From: Malacoraja senta
Taxonomy: Eukaryota
Direction: 5' to 3'
Assembly (NCBI GenBank): GCA_038087875.1
Contig: CM075982.1
Span: forward strand, 42,346,001-42,410,000
Length of the DNA stretch: 64,000 nt
Below the pieces are notes generated by a model that was not told the origin of the DNA, made no database searches, and saw only the letters and a list, made by a program, of their open reading frames with translations. A program made the translations under genes and the position numbers. Numbering within the stretch: position 1 is the stretch's first letter; every line of letters starts with the position of its first letter. Positions 52,001-64,000 of this stretch are shown piece by piece.

Positions 52001-53394
52001 TGATGGCTGAACCCAGCCAAAGCTAAAGTGAAAGCCGTTGCAGATGCACGTGAACCTCAGAATGCAGCAGAGATGTGGAGCTTTCTAGGACTGGTCATTA
52101 GCAGAGATCTTCGCCAGACACAGGTTGCCTGTTACATTGTACTCCCACAATGGGCCACAGTTTGTTTCTGAGACGTTTGCTGAATACATAGGAATCACAG
52201 GTATCCATCGTCACAAGGTGACTCCTAAATGGCCACAAGCTGACGGAGAAGTAGAGAGACATAACCAGTCCATAGAGAAGAGGATACGAATCGCCCATGC
52301 CAAAGGGAAAAACTGGAAGGAGGCACTGTTAGCATATGTAGCTGTATATCGGGCGATCACTCACTCAATGACAGGGAAAAGTCCAGCAGAAGCTTTGTTT
52401 GGAAGGAAAATTCGCATTAAAATACCAAAAGTGTGAGAGATCATGGAAGACCAGGAGCTGAGAGACTGATGCCGAAAAGAAAGGTGCGGCAAAATGGTAT
52501 GCCGACTTGAAACGAGGAGCCAGGCACTCTGAAATAATGCCTGGGGATGATGTGCTTGTGAGGCAAGATGATGGCAGTAAGATAGACACTCCTTACCAAT
52601 GCCAGCCATACAATGTTGTATTAAGGAGCAGCAGCATGGTGACAGTCAAGTCTCCAGAAGGTGTTATCTACAAGAGAAATGTATCGATCGTCAAAAAGTA
52701 CATGTCCAGGGACACACAAAAAGAGGTAGCCCAAAATCCACCAAGAGCTACCGATTCAGAGGGGCAAATGACATTTCCGAGGTGGTGACCAGAGTTCCAG
52801 AGGCAGCACGATGCAACTCAGGTGGTAAGCATAGAAGGTGTCTGGGTGACAACAGCTTGGCAGATTCAACTGACTCTGATGCTTCTGTGCTAACTGGTAG
52901 ACCTAATCGTGAAAGGAGAGTTCCCAAGAGATACGATGATTTTGTGTTATAGATTATGATACTGTTTATTATGATACTGTTTATTACAATATTGTTTATT
53001 ATGAGCAAGGAGTTTATTAAGGTTACAAGAGTGTAAAAAGTTGCATTTGTTTTGTAGTTGTAATGCATTTGTTTCGTGAATTATTGGAACACAAATGAAA
53101 ATACAAATATGTTTTGTAAGAATTTAATTGGAAAGTATATTAGAAAGAACACATATTAATTTAAAGTTTAATTCTGGTAAAGGAGGGATGTCATGACAAT
53201 GAGTCATGGTGATGATATGCAAATATCATGACCTTTGTATCAGCTGACCTGGAGGTCAGATCGCATGTGCGCTGTGTAAGCCTAGGCAGGAGTCCATGGC
53301 TGAGTGAGATAATAAACACAGAGACCAAGGAATGTAACCTATAAATATTGTGTCAGATTCATTATTATTCCACATCTGAGGCCAGGATATGACA
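52000..53394 (+). mobile_element. second Gypsy remnant: RT/RNase H and integrase fragments, PPT and 3' LTR (53189-53394)
   Basis: SFLGLV, HNGPQF, PQADGEVER and TGKSPAEALFGR motifs; PPT AAAGGAGGGA followed by TGTCAT...ATGACA with an internal AATAAA. Confidence 0.88.
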
Positions 53395-54154
53395 GGGACA
53401 ACAGTGAAACTACTACGACTGCAGTGGGGGAAGGACAGATAGAGAAGGGATTCAAGGGTTAATTGAAGTTAGAGAAATCAATATCATACTGCTGGGTTGT
53501 AAGCTGCCCTCGCGAAATATGAGGTGATGTTCCTCTAATTTATGTTTGTCCTCACTCTAACAGTGGTGGAGGCCCAGGACAGAAAGGTCAGAATGGGAAG
53601 GGGAGTTAAAGTGTTTGGCAACCAGGAGCCGGGTTGTGTTTGTTTGGCTTTACCCTTCACAGCATTGCAAAAAAAGAAATGAAGTCCTGTGGCGTTGCTT
53701 ATTGCAAACGTGGCTTGCAGGAGGCGATGCTGACGGATGCTTTGAAGCTTGGTGCAGCCACCCAGGCTCTGTGGGGGAGGACCAGAGTCTGGGAACCAAC
53801 TGTTACTGGACATTGATTAGATGATATTTTATTTTTTACATGTATCTAGATACAGTGAAATGCTTTGTTTTGCATACAACCCGGCAAAATCATGTAGCAG
53901 ACCTCACCTAGTCAGTACACAAGTGTCGTAACGTTTGTGGCGCTGACAAAGTTACCAAAGTTCACCGAACAGCCCCATCCGCTGCCTGTTGCCGCACGTG
54001 GCAACAGCCCCCCCTCCCCTGATTTCCCCTTCGTTCCCGGCAACCCCCTCCAGTTTAGAGACAGATTGTAAACAGGCTGCAAATAGACAGGCTGTAGTAG
54101 ACGGCATCTCTGGAGAAAAGGAACAGGTGACGTTTCGGGTCGAGAGCCTTCTTC

Positions 54155-54380
54155 AAACAGGCCCTTTGGCCCACCAAGTCCACGTTGACCACTCCCTACA
54201 CACTGCATCCACTCCCTACACACTGGGGGCGATTTACGTCTTTGGGATGTGGGAGGAAACCGGAGGAAATCACAGTGAGAATGTCCAAACTCCACACAGA
54301 TAGCACCCAAGGTCAGAATTGAACCTTGATCTCTGGTGCTCAAAGGGAGCAGCTCTACCAGCTGTGCCATTATGCTGCCA
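54155..54380 (-). mobile_element. V-SINE (HE1-type)
   Basis: Reverse-complement SINE, partly deleted. Confidence 0.75.
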
Positions 54381-54799
54381 TTGAGGGACACCCCTCAAAC
54401 AAGGAAAATGATAATCACCCAAGAGAGGCCACATGAGTAGCAAGAGTGTTTTGTGTAAAGAGAGGTGTTAACACTACTGAGTATAACACAATTGAATGTA
54501 CAGACACTAAGAATGAATGAAGAGTTTTTTTGCATGGTTTTGGTTTGGTATAAAACAAGACACAAAGTGCTGCAGTAACTCAGTAGGTCAGGCAGCATCC
54601 CTGGAGAATGTGGATAGGTGATGTTTGGGGTCCGGAGCCTTCTTTATACTGGATATATATTTTATTATGAATAAAGTTTTCTCTAATTGTTTATTGCAAA
54701 CAAATTTTCTTTTGCTGCTACTGGTCTCACTGGCCCCTACCCCAACAGCCTTTGCATGCATTATTTCCATTGAGAATTTGGAGCCTTACAAAAGAGTCA

Positions 54800-55250
54800 G
54801 GAATGGTTAATTGTCATATGCCCAGGGCCCAGATCAGTGAAATTCCTACTTGCTGCAGCATTACAGGCACATTAACATAACAACACGACAAATAAATATG
54901 CAATAATGCAATAAATTATCAGTTATCAGAACCAGACAATAATAATGAAGGCTGAAATACATTGTGCAATGTTATACAAAATCTTTGGTAGTTTGGTGCT
55001 GAGGCAGAGTGGTGCTAAGGATCTTGCAGTGTGGTTCAGGATGCTGAAGGTTGATGGGAAGAAGCTGTTCTTGAACCTGGAAGTAACAGTTCTCAAGCGC
55101 CTGTACCTTTTTCCCCATGGTAGCAGTGAGATGAAAGCGTGGCCAGGGCAGAGTAGGTCTTTGATGATATCATCTACCTTCTTTAAGCAGTGCTTCCTGT
55201 AAAATAGTGGGGAGGTCAATACCCGTGATAGATCGGGAACTGTTCACCAC
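54800..55250 (-). mobile_element. Rex1/Babar LINE 3' end
   Basis: IIKDLLCPGHAFISLLPWGKRYR...RFKNSFFPS C-terminal motif. Confidence 0.8.
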
Positions 55251-55254
55251 GCTG

Positions 55255-56570
55255 ATGTGCCTTCCCAGGCCCCCATAGCCCCCGATGGTATTACAATCTC
55301 AGTCACAGAGGCCAACGTCAGAAGATCCTTCAGAGGATGAACCCTCAATAAGCATCTGCACCTGGTGGTATACCTGGTCATGTTCTTAAAACCTATGCAG
55401 ACCAACTGGCTGGAGTTTTTGCAGACATCTTCAAGAACTCGCTACTGAGGTCTGAGATTCCCACCTGCTTTAAAAGGGCATCAATAATACCGGTGCCCAA
55501 CAACAGTAAGGTGACGTGCCTCAAAAACTATCGACCGATGGCACTAACATCTGTGGTGATTAAGTGCTTTGAGAGGTTAGTTATAGTGCATAGCAATTGC
55601 TTCCTCAACAGGAACCTGGACCCACTACAGTTTGCCTACTGCCACAACAGGTCAACAGAGGATGCAATCAAACTGGTTCTCCACTATGTACTGGACCACT
55701 CGGACAATAAAAACATGTATTTCAGACAGTTGTTCATAGTCTACAGCTCGGTGTTCAACACCATCATCCCCTCCAAGCTGGTTACCAAATTCACAGAACT
55801 GGATCTCTGCGCAGCCCTCTGCAACTGGATCCTCGACTTCCTCATCAATAGACCACAATCTCTATGAATTGACAGCAACGTTTCATCCTCGATTACCATC
55901 GTCACAGGAGTACCTCAAGACTGTGTGCTCAGCCCCCTGCTCGATTCACTCTATACTCATGATTGTGTAGCCTGACACAGTTTGAACTCCATCTTCAAGT
56001 TTGCCGATGACACCACCATTGTTGGACGAATTACAGATGACGATGAGTCAGAGTATAGGAGGGGATCAGTAGAATACCAAAGGGTGCCAGAACTACAACC
56101 ATGCTCTCAACATCAGTAAAACCAAGGAACTGATTGTGGACTCTGGAAGAGGAAGGATAAAGATCTACAAACCTGTCTTCGTCGACGGGACCGTGGTGGC
56201 GAAAGTCAAATGCTTCAAATTCCTAAGTGTGCATATCTCTGTAGATCTGTCCTGAACCCAGCACATTGATGCAATCATAAAGAAGGCTCATCAACGCCTC
56301 TACCTCCTTAGGAATTGAATATGCCAATGAATACTCTCTTGAACTTCTAAAGGTGTACAGTAGGGAGCATAGTGACTGGTTGCATCACGGCCTGGTTCAG
56401 GAACTCGAATGCCCAGGAACAAAGAAGATTGCAAAATGTGGTGAACGCTGCCCAGTCCATCACGGGTACTGACCTCCCCACCATCGAAGGGAGAGTCACT
56501 GCCTCAAAAAGGCAGCCAGCATCATCAGAGACTCACGCCACCCTGGCCACACTCTCATTTCACTCCTGCC
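55255..56570 (+). mobile_element. Rex1/Babar LINE RT remnant
   Basis: YRPMALTSVVIKCFERLV, LDPLQFAY, SSVFNTI, CNWILDFL and FADDTT motifs. Confidence 0.9.
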
Positions 56571-56984
56571 TAGTTACTTTGAATTGTTAAATTTATTACT
56601 GATTCCAAAGAACTGAAATGTGCCCGAATAAGAGACAAGGTGCTCTTCTAGCTTACGTTAGTCATTATTGGAACATTGCAGCAGGCTGATGATAGAGAGG
56701 TCTGAGGGTGCTGTGAGAGGAAAATTAAAGTGACAGGCAATTGGATGTTTAGGGCAGTTAAGCCTTATGGATTCTCGAGCGAAAAACAAATTGACGGAGG
56801 AATATCAAGCAATATCAGTGGAGGGAAATGAACAGATGGCGTTCCAGGTCAAGATCTTTCTTCAGTCTGGAGGGTCTGAATTCGAAACATTGTCTGTCTA
56901 GGGTAACCACAAAATGCTGGAGTAACTCAGCGGGACAATCAGTATCTCTGGAGAGGAGGAATGGGTGACTTTACGGGTCGCAAT

Positions 56985-57670
56985 TACAATCACAATCACA
57001 ATAATACTTTATTAGCCAAGTATGTTTTGCAACATACGAGGAATTTCATTTGCCAAGTCAGTCATACAAATAAAAAGCAACGAAACACACAAAATACATT
57101 TTACCATTAACATCCACCACAGTGACTCCTCCACATTCCTCACTGATGGAAAGCAAAAACAAAAGTTCGAATCTTTTCAGTTCTTTGCTCTCTCGCAGTC
57201 GGGGGCCTCGAGCGTTCTTGACTCCCGTATCCAGCATCATTTTGGCCCTCTGCATCAGGGTGATGTAAGCTCCCCCGTGCTGGGCGATCCTCTACATCAT
57301 TGGAGCTCCCGACTCGGCCTCTCCCGAGACTGCGAGCACTCGATGTAAAGTCCGCAGGCTGCGGTTGGAGCGATCCCAGGCAAGGGATCGACTCCGATGT
57401 TAAGTCCATGCCCCGCGGTGGGGCTCAAAGTCAGTCCGAGGAGGCTTCCAGCTCCATCGATGCTAGGCCGCAGAGCTACCGGAGATGTGATCCGGAAAAC
57501 AATTGCATCTCTGACAATGTAAGAAACTGAAAAAAAAATTCTCCTGACCCCCTCCCCCTCCCCCTCCCCCCACATAAAACAAACCGGAGAACATTTACAC
57601 AGACTTTTAAAATGCACTAAATTTTTTTTTTTTTAAGACAAAAAAACAAACAGACTGTTGGCAGGGCTGC
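56985..57670 (-). mobile_element. unclassified short non-autonomous retroelement inserted in a Penelope mini-element
   Basis: CpG-rich body and (CAATCA)n terminal repeat; the two halves of a Penelope mini-element lie on either side. Confidence 0.45.
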
Positions 57671-58627
57671 CTGTCCTGCTAAGTTACTCCAGCATGTTGT
57701 GTCTACCTTTGATTTAAACCAGCATCTGCAGTTCTTTCCTGCACAGTGTCTCTCTAATTCCCCCCACAGATGCTGCCTGATCCACTGAGTTCTTCCAGCA
57801 GTGTATTTTCTTGTAACAGATCCAGCATCTGCAGTCTCTTGTATCTCCCCTGTGACCTCTCACTCTGTTCTCACTACTCACCCCCGCTGCAACTTGTAAC
57901 CTGCTAGTTTTCTCACTTTTCCAGATCTGTTGAAGGATCCAACACCTGAGATATCTCTCTCCTCATGATGCAGAGTGCTTCGAGTAGTTTATATTTTTGT
58001 TTTGGATCCTCAGCCTTTGCTGTTTTCTGCTCCACTCTTGGTATCTCCTTTAAAGAAACTTATTTCAGTTTTTTCTAGTGAAATGTCTTGGGATTTTTTT
58101 TTGTTATATAAATACAAGCTGTCTTCCTACTTCTCTAGTTGATTGATTGATACTTAATCACATGTGAGATGCCACAGTGAAATTCTTTGCATTGCGTACC
58201 ATACACAAAGTATGCAAAGAGTCGCCATGTATAGGGAGCCAACAAAGTTACAGTGTTCAATGTAGTCCCAATGGGTCCCTCTTTATTCTCAGCGTCTCCA
58301 CACTGGATCCCTCTTCATTCTCGGTCAGTGGCACATCCTCAACTGACCTCTGGCTCTGAATGGATGCGTTTTAGCATTTGAAATCATTTTGAAAAATTCC
58401 CTTCTCCATATTCGATCACACTCTTTGCCTAACCACACTGGCTATCTCTGAACATTTTAAAGTGTTGTCTGGAATTGATGCAAGATGTTTGAGATCCACA
58501 ATCACAAGTGACATATTTGCATCTCGAGCTAAATCCACCTACTAGGGGAACTGCAGGTGCTGGGTTAATACACAAAAGGACACAAAGTGCTGGTGTAAGT
58601 CAGCAGGTCAGGCAGCATTTCTATCCA

Positions 58628-61079
58628 AGGTACACAAAAATGCTGGAGAAACTCAGCGGGTGCAGCAGCATCTATGGAGCGAAGGAAATAGGTAACGTTT
58701 CGGGCCGAAACCCTTCTTCAGACTGATAGGGGGTGGGGAGAAGAAAGGAAAAAAGGAAAAGGAGGAGGAGGAGCCCGAGGGCTGGGGGAGGGGAGGAGAC
58801 AACCAGATGGCTGATGAAGGGGAGGGGACAGCCAGGGCTAGCAGAATTGGGAGAATTCAACATTCAGGCCACCAGGATGTAGACTGCCCAAGCGGAATAT
58901 GAGGTGCATTTCCTCCAATTTACGGTGTTGCTCGCTGTGGCCATGGAGGAGACCCAGGACAGAGAGGTCAGATACGTAATGGGAGGGGGAGTTGAAGTGC
59001 TGAGCCACCGGGAGTTCAGGTTGGTTATTGCGGACCGACCGGAGGTGTTCGGCGAAACGATCGCCAAGCCTCCGCTTGGTCTCACCGATGTAGATCAGCT
59101 GGCATCTAGAGCAGCGAATGCAATAGATGAGGTTGGAGGAGATGCAGGTGAACCTCTGTCGCACCTGGAACGACTGCTTGGGTCCTGGAATGGAGTGGAG
59201 GGGGGAAGTGAAGGGACAAGTGTTGCATCTCTTGCGGTTGCAAGGGAAAGTACCAGGGGAGGGGGTGGTATGGGAGGGAAGGGAAGAATTGACAAGGGAG
59301 TTACGGAGGGAGCGGTCTTTGCGGAAGGCAGACATAGGGGGAGATGGGAAGATGTGGCGAGTGGTGGGGTCACGTTGGAGGTGGCGAAACTGACGGAGGA
59401 TCACTTGTTGTATGTGACGGCTGGTGGGGTGAAAGGTGAGGACTAGGGGGACTCTGCCTTTGTTGTGAGTGGGGGGGATGGGGAGAGAGAGCAGTGTTGC
59501 GGGGTATGGCAGAGACCCTGGTGCGAGCCTCATCTATGGTGGAGGAGGGGAACCCCCGTTCCCTGAAGAATGAGGACATTTCAGATGCCCTGGTGTGGAA
59601 CGCCTCATCCTGGGAGCAGATGCGGCGTAGACGGAGGAATTGGGAGTGGGGGGATGGAGTCCTTACAGGAAGCAGGGTGGGAAGAAGTGTAGTCCAGATA
59701 GCCATGGGAGTCGGTAGGTTTGTAGTGGATGTCGGTAAGGAGTCTATCACCTGCGATGGAGATAGTGAGGTCAAGGAATGGTAGGGAAGTGTCGGAAATG
59801 GTCCAGGTGTATTTGAGTGCCGGATGGAAGTTGGTGGTGAAGCGGATGAAGTCAGTCAGTTGTGTGTGGGTGCAGGATGTGGCACCAAAACAATCATCGA
59901 TGTAGCGGAGGTAGAGGTCGGGGATGGGGCCCTGGTACGCATTGAACAGGGATTGTTCTACGTACCCGACAAAGAGGCAGGCGTAGCTGGGGCCCATGCG
60001 TGTGCCCATAGCTACGCCTTGTATTTGGAGGAAATGGGAGGAGTCAAATGAAAAGTTATTAAGTGTGAGTACCAGCTCCGCTAGGCGGAGGAGGGTGTCA
60101 GTGGCCGGGTATAGATTGCTTCTACGGTCGAGGAAAAAATGGAGGGCTTTGAGACCATCCTGGTGGGGGATGGAGGTGTACAATGACTGGACGTCCATGG
60201 TGAAGATGAGGGGGTGAGGGCCTAGAGAGTGGAATGCGCGGAGATGACGGAGAGTGTCTGAGGTGTCTTGAACATAGGTGGGGACGGATTTAACCAAGGG
60301 GGATAGTATGGAGTCGAGGTAGGTGGAGATGAGTTCGGTGGGGCAAGAACAGGCAGAGACAATGGGTCTACCGGGACAGTCAGGTTTGTGGATTTTGGGG
60401 AGAAGGTAAAAGCGGGCTGTGCGGGGCTGGGGAACGATGAGGTTGGAGGCTCGTTCGGGCAGGGCGTGGGAGTGGATGAAGTTGGTGATGGTGCTGGAGA
60501 TGGTGGCCTTGTGCTCGTCAGTGGGGTCATGGTCCAGGGGTAAGTAGGAAGAGGTGTCCGAGAGTTGGCGCGTGGCCTCAGCTTTGTAGAGGTCGACGCG
60601 CCAGACTACCACGGCACCTCCCTTGTCGGCGGGTTTGATAACCCAATAACCAACCTGAACTCCCGGTGGCTCAGCACTTCAACTCCCCCTCCCATTCCGT
60701 ATCTGACCTCTCTGTCCTGGGTCTCCTCCATGGCCACAGCGAGCAACACCGTAAATTGGAGGAAATGCACCTCATATTCCGCTTGGGCAGTCTACATCCT
60801 GGTGGCCTGAACGTTGAATTCTCCCAATTCTGCTAGCCCTGGCTGTCCCCTCCCCTTCATCAGCCATCTGGTTGTCTCCTCCCCTCCCCCAGCCCTCGGG
60901 CTCCTCCTCCTCCTTTTCCTTTTTTCCTTTCTTCTCCCCACCCCCTATCAGTCTGAAGAAGGGTTTCGGCCCGAAACGTTACCTATTTCCTTCGCTCCAT
61001 AGATGCTGCTGCACCCGCTGAGTTTCTCCAGCATTTTTGTGTACCTTCGATTTTCCAGCATCTGCAGTTCCTTCTTTAA
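58628..61079 (-). mobile_element. young Penelope-like element (Neptune-type RT + Zn-finger linker + GIY-YIG) with inverted terminal copy and 15-bp TSD
   Basis: RT ORF 59605..60612 (PKIHK, DVQSLYT, GVAMG, RYIDD); EN ORF 58838..59533 (CNRKRCNTC, LIY...YIGET); inverted arms 58627-59030 / 60644-61047; TSD CAGCATTTCTATCCA at 58613-58627 and 61080-61094. Confidence 0.95.
60953..60981 (+). ncRNA. minimal type I hammerhead ribozyme-like core (mirror copy at 58693-58721 on the minus strand)
   Basis: CUGAAGA-(A)GGGUUUCGGCCC-GAAA-CGUU: conserved CUGANGA/GAAA boxes, stem II and palindromic stem III; stem I is weak, so activity is unproven. Confidence 0.6.
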
Positions 61080-61381
61080 CAGCATTTCTATCCATCCATG
61101 TTCTCCAGAGATGCTGCCTGGCCTGCTAAGTTACACCAGCACTTTGTGTCCACTAGGGGTTGAAACCTCTCCAAGCAAGAACTCATGAGACGACACAAAT
61201 TACATACGACTCCTTCTGAGATTCGTGTATCTGCTTCAACAATCCACCAGTCCAGAACCAATTAGGCGTTGATTGAACTTAATGGTTTGCAATGAGGTTC
61301 AGTTTCCAACAAGCAAATAAACACGTGGCTTTCATTTAATTGGACGGTAATTACAATAAACAGCAATGGCTTAATTAGGTT

Positions 61382-62061
61382 TCAAATAAATGGAGCTGGT
61401 TTGTGTTTGATTCGGATAAGTATGTATTCGACACTGAACCAAGGGTTCCTGAACGATGGATCCGCAATTGATTCCCTGTCTTCGTCCACGTCGGACCAGC
61501 GAGCCATTGCAGATGAAAGTACTTTTATAAATCCGAAGCCAACTCCCTCCAAGTGGGAGTGCGGAGCGACCAGCAATGAAGAAAGTCCCCCCAAAGTTGA
61601 GTACTTTGCTAAACCGGTGGCTTTAGCTGTAGCATTATGGAAAGGTCCGGAGATGATAAACTGTCCTTGTGATTCTCGTTCGGACTCCGCCTTGTTGGAC
61701 CGATCGCCCGGCAGTGCTTCTTCTTTGAAGACTGACCTCGGCAACCTATCCCAAGAACAGCCTCCCTGTCCTTCTCCGGCCTCCAGTACATTCTCTTCGG
61801 GTTTGCTGGGCACGGCGTCTTCCACCCCGGTCTGGGATAAGCAGAGTGCTGCGGAGAGTTTCCACCAGAGCACGGACATCCCCATTGATCTGTCCAGCAT
61901 TCTGGAGCCAGCTGTGACCCTGGAGGAGGTCTGTGGCCCGGCGGTGACCGACGGCATCGAGCCCTCTTGAAGATGAACCCCCCCATCTCCATCGACCACT
62001 TTCACCAGATACACCAGGAGATGAAACTGTCTCAACATGGTAGCCCTCGACCTGCCATAAC
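61382..62061 (-). CDS. unidentified exon-like ORF (possible last or main exon of an unknown gene)
   Basis: 237-codon stop-free frame in non-repetitive, GC-elevated DNA; good acceptor (cttccatatttcacgtag, AG at 62063-62062) and GCTACCATG; no recognisable homology; an overlapping 189-aa plus-strand frame makes the strand uncertain. Confidence 0.35.
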
Positions 62062-63769
62062 CTACGTGAAATATGGAAGTATCGGGCAAAATCACACTCT
62101 TGCGTGCAGTATTAGTAATATTATATCACTGTCGTAACAATATGTGGATAAATAAAAGAATGTTATTCTTCAGAGTTATCAAAACTGGTGTGTTTGGGGT
62201 TTCAACGTTAACCCCCATTTTATCGGTCCTATTTTGTTTTAAAAATGATTAATATCGAGAGCTATATAGGTAGTGGTGGAGAAACGGAGTGAGCCAGGCT
62301 CTATCTATCTGTGGTGGGGAAATAGACGGGAACTTTCGGGTCGGGACCCTTGGTCGTCTTTGTCTCCACTAATCATTTCCATTTACGAACAGAAAAGTAG
62401 TTTTAATTGGGCCGTTGTTCCCTTGACTTCGAACCACGTATGGGTATTTTTCTCGGATTTTCAATCAACTTCTGGAGGCAAATGCGACTTCTAGATGCAT
62501 GCTCCTTTCGTTTCACTACCACTTGACGTTTCCCGTCTTTATCAATCGCTCTTTGAACGCCCACCCTACGCAAATGTGCCTCAGCTGAGCGTTTTCAGCA
62601 TCTGTAGGGTTTGCTTCTCGATTTTCCACTCCGAAACAAAATACTGTATTGGTTGAAACTGCAAGCAATATTCAACTACATTCGTAGTTAATAGCGAACT
62701 GATGTTGCTAATTTGAACGTCCGGTATTTTCAGTCTATCCAGTTTTATAAATTCTGCTCTTAATTGCTGGTGATCACGAGTTTAACGTGATCGGATTAAG
62801 ATTATCAAATTAGGGGCACATCTTCAATTCTGAAGGGTGAAAGGTTGATAGTTTTCCAGGTGCGTTTAAGGTGATGCAACTTGTCTGCATTTGCTCCACT
62901 TGTTTCCTGCAACGGCCAAGATCAAATGGAAGTAGTCTTTCACCACATTTTCCTTAATGTACCAATTTGCAAGACCTCATGCCACAGGCAACCTTAATTC
63001 TGTAGTGTGGCATAACTAATGACAGTGAGGAATATAAATTGCACAATGGAGGTCATGTGGTCTTGGTACTATGAGCTCCAATATTGGTATTTTTACTCCA
63101 TGCATCTTTTTTTGTTTTGGAAATTTAATTTGCAGTACAAATTGTGAAATGGGTGCCTTTACCTGACAAAACTTTGCCTCTGAAGATGGGTCCTGACCTT
63201 TAACATCACCCATCCTTTTTCTCCAGGGATACTGCCTGCCCTGCTGAGTTACTCCAACACTGTGTCTATCCTTTGTATAAACCAGCATCTGCAGATCGTT
63301 TCTACAAAATAAATTGCCTTGCCCAGGAAAGATATGGACATTCAATTAGCCAAGACTAGGCAGGGAAAACTAAAGTGTGCTCAAGTTTGAATCAAGGGTG
63401 GAGAATTGGGCAGGTGCTCAATGGAGAATATATGTAATGAGTAATCACAAATTCCAGTATTTTGCTCTCAATCTAGTAGTGACACATTAGTGAAGGCAAG
63501 GTTAATAATGGAATTTGTGGTTACTTGGTTACAAATACCATCCATTGAGCAACTGGTATTTAGAAGTGATCACTACACTTCTTGTGGAGACAGTGCCATT
63601 TTCACAAGCCAGATACCGTCCTTTGTCATGTGCCTCTGCAATCATGATAAATGGGATAGATTCAGGCCTGTCAGCTGAAAACTCAGCATCTCCAAGGTGC
63701 TGTGGACCATCACAAGTAGCAGGAATGCATACCACATCTGTCCTATCCCTTATTTTCCCATTATCAACC

Positions 63770-64000
63770 CTGATTAGAGATACAACATGGAAATGGGCCC
63801 TTCAGCCCTTGCTGACCAATGATCACCTGTTGTCTAGTTATCCCAATTTTGCATCCGATGGACCAGGGGCAATTTACAAAAGCAAATGAACTTAAAAATC
63901 TATACATCTTTGGAATGTAAGGAAACCAAAACACCAGGAGAAAACCCATGTGGTCACAGGGAGAATGTACAAATTATATGCAGACAATGCCTGTGGTCGG
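63770..64000 (-). mobile_element. V-SINE (HE1-type), cut by the window end
   Basis: Tail and V domain on the reverse strand. Confidence 0.8.

Noticed and set aside
54800-56570. Rex1 pieces in opposite orientation as a single twin-primed insertion
   Set aside because: The shared segment is only roughly 70% identical between the two pieces, so two independent copies are more likely.
61434-61451. LNQGFL in the plus-strand ORF matches a human B-Myb hexapeptide
   Set aside because: Only six residues with no flanking similarity, and the local mybl2 has LDRGFI; treated as chance.

Overview
Repeat-dense eukaryotic DNA. The repeats (HE1-type V-SINEs, CR1 LINEs, abundant Penelope-like elements) suggest a cartilaginous fish, probably a skate or ray; this is an inference. 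The one recognisable gene is mybl2 (B-Myb) on the minus strand. I assembled it by hand into 15 coding exons from ATG at 50394 to TAA at 16651 (2043 nt, 680 aa, all phases compatible). It has a small CpG-island promoter with an E2F site and a CHR-like element, a GC-AG intron, and a 69-nt exon with no counterpart in the human exon structure as I recall it. Two well-known CDK sites (human T487 and S577) appear to be lost. The rest is mostly mobile DNA: a young Neptune-type Penelope element (inverted terminal copy, 15-bp TSD, hammerhead-ribozyme-like cores), about 25 short Penelope-derived and often hairpin-forming mini-elements, two Tc1 IR/DR copies, CR1 and Rex1 LINE remnants, two Gypsy remnants next to the promoter, a palindromic MITE, and a Helitron-like element carrying minisatellites. 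An unidentified exon-like ORF lies at about 61.4-62.1 kb. Exon coordinates were read from splice sites. Most repeat boundaries are approximate, and human comparisons are from memory, not from an alignment.
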